43,660 bases of DNA from an uncultured Candidatus Saccharibacteria bacterium (GTDB lineage Bacteria; Patescibacteriota; Minisyncoccia; Phycocordibacterales; UBA2100). Below are positions 37,011-43,660 of the stretch, one piece after another. Location: the NCBI GenBank assembly GCA_964584225.1, contig CAZOZG010000003.1, forward strand, positions 14,915 to 58,574, in the 5' to 3' direction. Positions within the stretch are counted from its first letter, which is position 1; each line of letters begins with the position of its first letter. A program made the position numbers and the translations under genes. Below the pieces are notes generated by a model. It searched no databases. It was not told where the DNA came from and saw only the letters and a list, made by a program, of their open reading frames with translations.

Positions 37011-38132
37011 TCACGAGAGCGCTCGCAGCGCAAGACCAATCGCGGTCGCGTATTGGAGGGACGCCTTTCGATCGATTGGCGGAATGTATTCCTCAAACGA
37101 AGCAACGTGCGTCCATACGTTGGGAATCGCGACCGGCGCCTGTACTCGTGAAGCAACAAAATCGGCGAGACCTTTTATATTGGCGCTGCCACCTCCGAGC
37201 AATACGCGACTGACAGGTGTCATGCGCTCTCCCTTGTCATTGCGTCTCGTGTCCCAGTAATGATAATGACGCGCTACCTCATCTGCGAACGCGGAGACTC
37301 CCGCGGTAATCGTTTCGATCGCTGATTTCTTGGCGTCGACTGCAAGAAGCCCTTCTTCGTCGGTGAACGTTTCTGCCGCCTCCGCCGTGAGCGAGAGTTT
37401 TTTCATGAGTGCGCGCGTGATAGCTTCTCCACCGACACCGACGGTTGACGTGAATATCGGAATACCTTTTTTGAGGACGGCGAAGCCGGTGCGAGCGCGA
37501 CCAAAGTCCGCAAGGAGGACCGCGCTGTCGTTCTCAGTCGTGCTCGTGACCGCACGCGCGATTGAACGTGCCTCAAGCTCGAGTGACAAGAGCTCGATCC
37601 CGGCCGTCATAAACGCATCGGCGTACGCTTGCGCCAACTCTCGTGGGAACACAGCAACTCCGATTTCTTTTACACCTGCGTGCTCGTCGATGACGTCGAA
37701 GTCAAAGACCGCAGCATTCGGTGGAATCGGTACTCGGTCCGGCAATTCGAACTCAATCATGTTGAGTATCTGATCGCGTGGGCTATCTCCTGGGACGCTC
37801 ATACTAAAGACATACGCTGCTTCCTCGGGGAGTGCCGCATGAGCGGCACCGACGCCGTGCAGGTGCCGCTTCACTCGTCCGAGTATCGCAGCGAGTTGCG
37901 CGACATCGTGCACCGCGCCGCCGACCACGACTCCTTCCGGAAGTGGCTCAACACCGTATGCCAATACACGCTCCGGCGTTCCCTCCGGGGCGAGTGCGAG
38001 ATAACGAATGGATGCGTCAGAAATATCGACACCTGCTGAGTGCGGGTACAGCATCTGCGGCGTTGGAAAGGCACGCGCGAGGCGATGCGACGATTGCGCT
38101 CCAGAGAGAAAAGTTCCCACACGAGCGGACAT
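37011..38132 (-). CDS. pilM: Type IV pilus assembly protein PilM
   Basis: GVDISDASIR, LADFGRART, LGGGSANIKGL, YATAIGLALR. Confidence 0.92.
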   Translation of the reverse strand: MSARVGTFLSGAQSSHRLARAFPTPQMLYPHSAGVDISDASIRYLALAPEGTPERVLAYGVEPLPEGVVVGGAVHDVAQLAAILGRVKRHLHGVGAAHAALPEEAAYVFSMSVPGDSPRDQILNMIEFELPDRVPIPPNAAVFDFDVIDEHAGVKEIGVAVFPRELAQAYADAFMTAGIELLSLELEARSIARAVTSTTENDSAVLLADFGRARTGFAVLKKGIPIFTSTVGVGGEAITRALMKKLSLTAEAAETFTDEEGLLAVDAKKSAIETITAGVSAFADEVARHYHYWDTRRNDKGERMTPVSRVLLGGGSANIKGLADFVASRVQAPVAIPNVWTHVASFEEYIPPIDRKASLQYATAIGLALRALS

Positions 38133-38162
38133 TGACTCAAGTATATCGCAGAAAACGAGTGC

Positions 38163-38498
38163 TCAGCGGAGCTTCGTCCCCGTCGGAACTGGCCGTTCAG
38201 GTTTTAAGAGAGCAACACCGTCTTCGATACCGACAGCGAGGAGCATCCCTTGGCTTTCGACACCGCGAAGTGTGCGCGGTGCGAGATTGACGATGTAGGG
38301 CAACTGCATCCCTACCAATTCTTCGGGTCGCTTCCACAGTGCAATGCCGGAGACGATCGTGCGCTCTCCAATCTCACCGCCAAAATCGACGGTGCATTTG
38401 ATCAGTTTGTCTGCATCGGGAACCATTTCAGCGGCAATGACAGTCCCAATGCGCATCTCTACCTTCGCAAAGTCATCGTACTGAATTTCGTCTGCCAT
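38163..38498 (-). CDS. Stand-alone tRNA-binding OB-fold protein (Trbp111/CsaA/MetRS C-terminal domain)
   Basis: DDFAKVEMRIG, RTIVSGIA, NLAPR..RGVESQGMLL. Confidence 0.92.
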   Translation of the reverse strand: MADEIQYDDFAKVEMRIGTVIAAEMVPDADKLIKCTVDFGGEIGERTIVSGIALWKRPEELVGMQLPYIVNLAPRTLRGVESQGMLLAVGIEDGVALLKPERPVPTGTKLR

Positions 38499-38520
38499 GT
38501 CGGCATTGTAACAAAAGAGA

Positions 38521-38548
38521 AGAGCCGCGGACATATGTCCGCGGCTCT
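38521..38548 (-). terminator. Perfect 28-bp palindrome, probable terminator
   Basis: AGAGCCGCGGACATATGTCCGCGGCTCT followed by TCTCTTTT on the minus strand. Confidence 0.65.
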
Positions 38549-38571
38549 GTTTCATTTCGAATCGACTGGAT

Positions 38572-39120
38572 CTACAGTCTTTTCGCAATACCGTCATGAT
38601 CGAGAGACCACTTTCTCCACCCGTCGACGGCACACCGGAGAGAGGTTCGCGCACCACGCTCGATCTGCTCAGAGGTGGCACCGGTTAGACCCAGATACGG
38701 CATGACCAGTTCGGAAACGAACGGCACGGGAAACGTGAGGTTCCAGCGCGGCGAGCTTCTGTTGGCGTCCAGAATTACGCAATGAGACGACAAGTGACTC
38801 TGTACTCTTTGACCAACTTCAGTGTAGCCGTCGTCCAGAGCAATCGCGACATGAGCACTCGGAACGATCTTTATCGCGCTGTACGCCATCGTTTCCAGCG
38901 CCGTGAACTGTTTGCTCAGACCGGCAGTTGCATTCAACGTTCTGCCTACTTCAAACTCGGAACTGAATTGCTTGAATTCGCGATCACCCAACACAAACAC
39001 TTGCACCTCAAATCGTGATGGTTTGAAGTACTTCTTCAAGGCATTTTCGACAGAAAACGCGCGGTTCACATTACCTGGGCGAACAACGTACTGAACGTTC
39101 AAGATTTCTCTCTGTGCCAC
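38572..39120 (-). CDS. Hypothetical protein
   Basis: AAGGAG SD before GTG; terminator downstream. Confidence 0.55.
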   Translation of the reverse strand: MAQREILNVQYVVRPGNVNRAFSVENALKKYFKPSRFEVQVFVLGDREFKQFSSEFEVGRTLNATAGLSKQFTALETMAYSAIKIVPSAHVAIALDDGYTEVGQRVQSHLSSHCVILDANRSSPRWNLTFPVPFVSELVMPYLGLTGATSEQIERGARTSLRCAVDGWRKWSLDHDGIAKRL

Positions 39121-39188
39121 GGCTAATCTCCTTTTGGTTCGTGGACTTCACTGTACCGTAGAGCACACTAGCGGAGGCGCGGCGAAAG

Positions 39189-39578
39189 TCAATTCTTTGA
39201 GCGCAAACCATCAAGGTATCGCTGCAGGATGACTGCTGCTGCGGCGGCGTCGAAATGAGTCGGTTTTTTCGTGAATCGATCGGCTTCGATCGAACTCCAG
39301 ATTTCAGGAACGAACGACACAGGGACGCCGCCGCGCTCTTTGAGTTTTTCTGCGAACTGCTCCATGTCGGGCGTAATCTCATTGGCGATTCCGCTGGAGC
39401 CGCGCGTGTCGCCAATCACAACGCCCGAAACCATCTCCTCTTTAATGAGATCAACGATCTTGCTGAGGAGTGCATCATTGTTATCGAAAACATCCCGCGG
39501 GAACGCGATCTGCTTCGCCTCATCGGACATCGCAATGCCGACGCGTTTGCTGCCGTAGTCAATACCGAGATGCTTCAT
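39189..39578 (-). CDS. ruvX: RuvX/YqgF family nuclease
   Basis: LGIDYGSKRVGIAMSD, E.WSS.EA, DAAAAAVILQRYLD. Confidence 0.93.
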   Translation of the reverse strand: MKHLGIDYGSKRVGIAMSDEAKQIAFPRDVFDNNDALLSKIVDLIKEEMVSGVVIGDTRGSSGIANEITPDMEQFAEKLKERGGVPVSFVPEIWSSIEADRFTKKPTHFDAAAAAVILQRYLDGLRSKN

Positions 39579-39707
39579 GATGGCAGTATACAAAGACTCT
39601 CCCAAAAAAGCGCGGCCCCCGCTTCGGGGTCATGAAGCGAGGGTCACTTTCGAGAGCGCGAGCGCGCCCAAGACATTGATTACTACAGGTGCAATCACGG
39701 CCTTATT

Positions 39708-40412
39708 TCATTCCTCAATTTCACGGATGCCCCACGCGCGCATCGTGTCTGTGCCGACCTGATCGCCGACGACGACAACATAATCACCAGGGGAAAAATC
39801 AGCGCCATACGGAAGCCGTGTCTCTCGCGTAATGATGATCGTCGATGTACCTTCACCGTCGATATCTGAAACAATGAGACCACTCGACGAAGCCGCGACG
39901 ACGGTGCCGTGATAGACATCGTTCGGGCGCGGGGCGCGGAACATTCTGCCGTACCACATCCCCAAAGGCGACGGCAAGGTGTTGTGCCGCGCCGAGAGGA
40001 ACAGTCCACGATGGAACGGCGCGATAAAGAAACCGCCGACGGCAACGACAAGAATGACTCCCAGTATCGACACGACGAGTGGCCGTTGGTACACAAAGGC
40101 GTAGCGACGCACAAGAAATTCCAAGAGAACGACGAACAGCACAACGAGCAGTATCAAAAGCCACGGTAGCGAATGCAGCAGGTCAAACCATCCACGCGCG
40201 CCCAAGGCCGGCGTAAACCACACGCCGCTATCGCGCATGAAAAAGAGCGCGAGCGAGGCAACATAGAGGAGCGTCGCAACGACAAGCGCAACGCCAACGA
40301 GCGCAAAAGCAGAGAGCACGACAAAATGCCAACGCGGGCGCATCGTGATATCGCCCTTTTTGATTTTCTCCATGATACTGCCCGCCATGGGATCGTGGTG
40401 TTCTGTGTTCAT
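39708..40412 (-). CDS. Membrane protein with a C-terminal OB-like domain; putative anti-sigma partner
   Basis: Overlaps the sigma stop; MRPRWHF, 3 TMs. Confidence 0.65.
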   Translation of the reverse strand: MNTEHHDPMAGSIMEKIKKGDITMRPRWHFVVLSAFALVGVALVVATLLYVASLALFFMRDSGVWFTPALGARGWFDLLHSLPWLLILLVVLFVVLLEFLVRRYAFVYQRPLVVSILGVILVVAVGGFFIAPFHRGLFLSARHNTLPSPLGMWYGRMFRAPRPNDVYHGTVVAASSSGLIVSDIDGEGTSTIIITRETRLPYGADFSPGDYVVVVGDQVGTDTMRAWGIREIEE

Positions 40413-40960
40413 AAGGTTCGCTGTGGTGCCATTTTTTTCAAGGCCGTTTTGCCCCGGGCGATACGCACGCCGACGGTCGAGATGGGAATGCGGAGCACGT
40501 CCGCAATGTCCTTGTAACTCATCTCTTCAAAATAGTACAACACCAGGGGCTCCCGGTATTTCGGATCGAGCTCGCGCAAATATCGCTCCAGCATCTCACG
40601 AGAATCGCGCGCGAGCGCACGATCCTCAGCGCTTTCAGGAGCCGCAAGGTGCGGAAAGACTTCGTCGATATCAATACCCCAGACCGGTCCACGCGACTCT
40701 TTCTTTATCGCATTTACAAATTCATTATGTGCGATGCGGTAGATCCACGGGCTAAAGCGTCGCGACGCGTCAAAACTTTGGATGTTTTCATACGCCTTGA
40801 TGAAGACCTCCTGCACAATATCGACTGCATCTTCATCACGCATGAATTTTCTTCCGTACCGCAATAGTTTATCTTCGTAGCGCGCTACAAGTTCTGCGAA
40901 GGACTCACTATCGCCCTTCTGTACTTTGGCGACGATCTGCTCATCGGTTTCGATACTCAT
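40409..40960 (-). CDS. ECF sigma-70 factor
   Basis: [43 protein letters not shown]. Confidence 0.94.
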   Translation of the reverse strand: MSIETDEQIVAKVQKGDSESFAELVARYEDKLLRYGRKFMRDEDAVDIVQEVFIKAYENIQSFDASRRFSPWIYRIAHNEFVNAIKKESRGPVWGIDIDEVFPHLAAPESAEDRALARDSREMLERYLRELDPKYREPLVLYYFEEMSYKDIADVLRIPISTVGVRIARGKTALKKMAPQRTL

Positions 40961-41364
40961 ACTAGTTTTGACGTTTTGTACACCTCAGGCTTATGCGCTG
41001 CGAGGCGGACTATTTTCGTTGCCAGGTCGCGTGCGCTCAAATCTTCTTCAAGAGAATCGACAAATTCCCCTTGCTGATCGTAGCCGAGCGCGATGACGTC
41101 GGGCTGCGCCGCAACGATGTGCTCGATGTTGCCGCGTGCGTCTCCAAGAATCGCCTCATCGACGAGATCGTGTGCTTCGAGTAGAGCGCGCCGCGCCGCC
41201 TCGGCGCGGCGCGGCGCGCTCCCCTTCACGCGCGCGACGACGCTGTCGCGCGCGACCGAGACAATCAAGTAAGGATCAGCCGCGAGCGCGCGAGCTTGTC
41301 GGAAAAAATCCTCGTGCCCCGGGTGAATGATTTCGAAAACCCCAAATACCATAATTCGTTTCAT
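40957..41364 (-). CDS. Cytidylyltransferase-family nucleotidyltransferase, probable stand-alone FAD synthase (RibL-like)
   Basis: [30 protein letters not shown]; adjacent to riboflavin kinase. Confidence 0.8.
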   Translation of the reverse strand: MKRIMVFGVFEIIHPGHEDFFRQARALAADPYLIVSVARDSVVARVKGSAPRRAEAARRALLEAHDLVDEAILGDARGNIEHIVAAQPDVIALGYDQQGEFVDSLEEDLSARDLATKIVRLAAHKPEVYKTSKLV

Positions 41365-41375
41365 GCATTTTTAAA

Positions 41376-41705
41376 TTAACTGCGCACCGCTGCAACATCC
41401 ACCTCGAAAGCGTAAACAAGAGATGCTGTATCACTAAATACAGCTGCATCGCGGATTTTATTGCAGAGCTTCACCGAAATCGTCTTTCCGTAGAGATCAC
41501 CTGAGAAATCTAGGAGGTGCGCCTCGAGTATTTCTCGTTTTTCGTCAACAAATACAGCGGCTTGGTATTCCGCGTCATCGACTACTACGGTCGCTGCATA
41601 AATGCCGCGCTCAGCTGCATCACCGAGCGAAATGTTTGCCGTCGGAAATCCCAACGCCACTCCGCGTCGCTCGCCCCTTTGCACAGTCCCGCTGAAGCGT
41701 TGCAT
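41376..41705 (-). CDS. Stand-alone riboflavin kinase
   Basis: G.VQRG..RG..LGFPTAN, GIYAA, LEAHLLDFSGDLYG, IRD. Confidence 0.92.
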   Translation of the reverse strand: MQRFSGTVQRGERRGVALGFPTANISLGDAAERGIYAATVVVDDAEYQAAVFVDEKREILEAHLLDFSGDLYGKTISVKLCNKIRDAAVFSDTASLVYAFEVDVAAVRS

Positions 41706-41707
41706 TG

Positions 41708-41792
41708 CGGAGGGGGTGAGATTCGAACTCACGGTGGGTTGCCCCACGCCGCATTTCAAGTGCGGTGCTTTAGACCACTCAGCCACCCCTCC
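41708..41792 (-). tRNA. tRNA-Ser(UGA)
   Basis: CCGCA-CTTGAAA-TGCGG anticodon arm, long variable arm, G73. Confidence 0.95.
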
Positions 41793-41850
41793 TTCACACT
41801 TGTTGTACCACGTCCACAAGCGAGCTGCGAGAGCGTAGTACAATACTTGC

Positions 41851-42318
41851 ATGGCAGAATCTGCTCCTCTCAAGTGGAGCGCACTCGACGGCGATGTTGA
41901 AGAGCGTGGCAAGGATTGGTATGTGGCGCTCGGGATCGCCGCCGTCGCAATCGCGATTATTGCAGTACTCTTCAACGACGCGCTCTTCGGCATCCTCGTC
42001 ATTGTCGCCGCGATTACGCTCGCACTCATTGCTCGCCACCCATCGAGTATGGTTGAGTTTGAGATTTCTGATCGAGGGATACGTGTGGGCGAAACGCTAC
42101 ACCGCTACGAAGAGATCGTGTCGTTCTGGGTGGACGATGAAAATGCGAATTCGCCACTTTTACTCGTCGACACCGTCAAATTCCTCTCACCCAATCTCAT
42201 TATTCCGATTCAGCATGTCGACGCGGCTTCCGTGCGAGCATTTTTGCTCGAACACGCAGACGAGGTGCGAATGAGAGAACCGATCGCGCACAAAATTCTC
42301 GCGTTCGTCGGTCTCTAA
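41851..42318 (+). CDS. Conserved hypothetical membrane protein (2 TM plus PH-like domain)
   Basis: LKWSA...RGKDWY, 2 TMs, FEISDRGI...Y.EIVSFWV; TACAAT 6 nt before ATG. Confidence 0.75.
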   Translation: MAESAPLKWSALDGDVEERGKDWYVALGIAAVAIAIIAVLFNDALFGILVIVAAITLALIARHPSSMVEFEISDRGIRVGETLHRYEEIVSFWVDDENANSPLLLVDTVKFLSPNLIIPIQHVDAASVRAFLLEHADEVRMREPIAHKILAFVGL

Positions 42319-42321
42319 ACT

Positions 42322-43659
42322 CTATTGGAGCGTGAAGGGATGAGTGACTGAGAAGTCACCGTACGTCGGATTGATCGGATGCGCGGGTACTGGGCCGTTG
42401 CCGACATATGCATTCGACGGGCTGTAAATCGTGGCTTCGATTGCGTACTGACGCCCCGAGACCAAATCGCTTGCACAGACATTTTGACCTGTCGCTTGGC
42501 ACTGCGTCGAATCTGTCGGCAAAGTCCAGTTGTATGAACCCTCGATTGGTAGTCCATCGGCTATCAGCGCTGTCGCCTGATTCGTGCGTTCATCGACGAG
42601 GAAGAGCGCGACCGCCGAGCTTGAGGCCTCACCTTCGCTCGACCACGAGATCGTACTTGATGAACCAGATGCGACGGTCTGTGCGTCCATCGTTGATTGC
42701 ACATTGATCCAATTGGTGGGGCCACCAGAGCCGCTGTCTCCGCCCGATCCACTGCTTCCGCCGGAGCCGTTGCCACCTCCATTTCCGATACCTGAGCCGC
42801 CGGCGCTGTCGGTGAGGTTGTCTGAGACGCCGCTGATGTGAATCGCTATCGCGACGTCACGCGTGCCACCGCCTACCGTCTCACAGTGGAGAATAAATTG
42901 TGCAGCCGACGTCATCGCTGGCGTCGACGCGGTACCGTTGGGGCTCGTGTTGCCCGCGTTCTGAGTCGTGAAATCCTGGAGTTGCGGCGAAGAGATGATG
43001 CAGGCTTGCATACCACTCGTCACCCAGCCGATTTGCGAACTTTGTCCCGACGCGACTGTTTTCGGAATCGCAACGACACTGATCGATGGCTTACCGATTT
43101 GCACGGTGCATTGCGCGCTCGAAGAAACGCCAGCGTTGGCGCAAGTGAGTCCGTATGTCAGCGTATTCGTTCCCGGTGGTGGCGTTGTGATATTGACGGT
43201 GGCGTTACCGGAAAGCGCACCGCCGTTGTCAAAGCCATTGGAGGTCGCCGAGGTCGCGTTGGTGCACGAATACGTAAGTCCGACGGTCATCCCGGTGTCG
43301 GCGACTTGCGGCTGACACGCGATCTGCGCCGTGGGGCCGCTTCCGGCATTCGGGACGCACTGCCACCCATTGGGGCATTGGTTGCTATCGTAGGTCGGGC
43401 GCCATGATCCGGTCTTGCACTGACTCGGGTCAGGTTGCACCGGCGCTGAGTAACACATCTGGCCGTTGGCTCCGACGGTACCGCCATAGGGGCTAGTCCC
43501 CGCTGGTTGATAGCATGGTACTGCCGGCGGCTGGACGTTGTTGTTGTTCATACTGCTCAAGAGCATCATGGTCGTGAGCGAGTTGCTGTTGCCGCCGCCG
43601 CTCAAGAGAAGTGGAAGTGTGAGGTTGTTGCTCGACTGCTGTTTCTGGTAATTATAGAG
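42322..43659 (-). CDS. Large Ser/Thr/Gly/Cys-rich surface protein with Ig-like domains, 5'-truncated by the window edge
   Basis: Frame is open to the window end; Cys-paired beta modules, Gly-Ser linker, C-terminal ISWSS...GSYNWTLP Ig-like domain. Confidence 0.75.
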   Translation of the reverse strand, partial: LYNYQKQQSSNNLTLPLLLSGGGNSNSLTTMMLLSSMNNNNVQPPAVPCYQPAGTSPYGGTVGANGQMCYSAPVQPDPSQCKTGSWRPTYDSNQCPNGWQCVPNAGSGPTAQIACQPQVADTGMTVGLTYSCTNATSATSNGFDNGGALSGNATVNITTPPPGTNTLTYGLTCANAGVSSSAQCTVQIGKPSISVVAIPKTVASGQSSQIGWVTSGMQACIISSPQLQDFTTQNAGNTSPNGTASTPAMTSAAQFILHCETVGGGTRDVAIAIHISGVSDNLTDSAGGSGIGNGGGNGSGGSSGSGGDSGSGGPTNWINVQSTMDAQTVASGSSSTISWSSEGEASSSAVALFLVDERTNQATALIADGLPIEGSYNWTLPTDSTQCQATGQNVCASDLVSGRQYAIEATIYSPSNAYVGNGPVPAHPINPTYGDFSVTHPFTLQ

Positions 43660-43660
43660 C

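Noticed and set aside
38521-38548. Perfect 28-bp palindrome as a recombination or operator site
   Set aside because: Its position after a stop codon and the T-rich tail fit a terminator; single copy.
41706-42029. N-terminal extension of the riboflavin kinase ORF (41376-42029)
   Set aside because: It runs through tRNA-Ser and an opposite-strand gene; homology starts at ATG 41705.
1-43660. Alternative genetic code (UGA read-through)
   Set aside because: Conserved genes are uninterrupted in code 11 and several end properly at TGA (glyS, argS, ruvX).

Overview
Compact, mostly minus-strand chromosomal segment of a Patescibacteria (CPR) bacterium, probably Parcubacteria. Supporting traits are rplK without rplA, two TrmB-like regulators, a short MetRS, a homodimeric GlyRS and a type-2 IleRS. 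It carries ftsK (3' part), recA, efp, rpsF-ssb-rpsR, tatD, metG, glyS, recO, ileS, argS, secE-nusG-rplK, a lipid/glycosyltransferase cluster, a PduO-type adenosyltransferase, rplS, acyP, pilMNO-like genes, ruvX, an ECF sigma pair, a split riboflavin kinase/FAD synthetase and five tRNA genes (His, Leu, Val, Arg, Ser). The most striking unexplained signal is a family of ~90-170 bp non-coding structured elements directly behind the 3' ends of rpsR, tRNA-His, tRNA-Val and tRNA-Arg. Their layout is [gene 3' end]-[inverted copy of that end]-[two-hairpin core]-[direct copy of the gene end], with core motifs GGCCGGAG...GGCGGG in three of the four copies. Behind rpsR, the direct copy re-encodes GVLPYIQK* with the third base changed in 8 consecutive codons. 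Many core genes appear leaderless (TANNNT 6-9 nt before the start), including one perfectly symmetric 20-bp bidirectional promoter. All annotations come from motif recognition by eye; no database searches were run.
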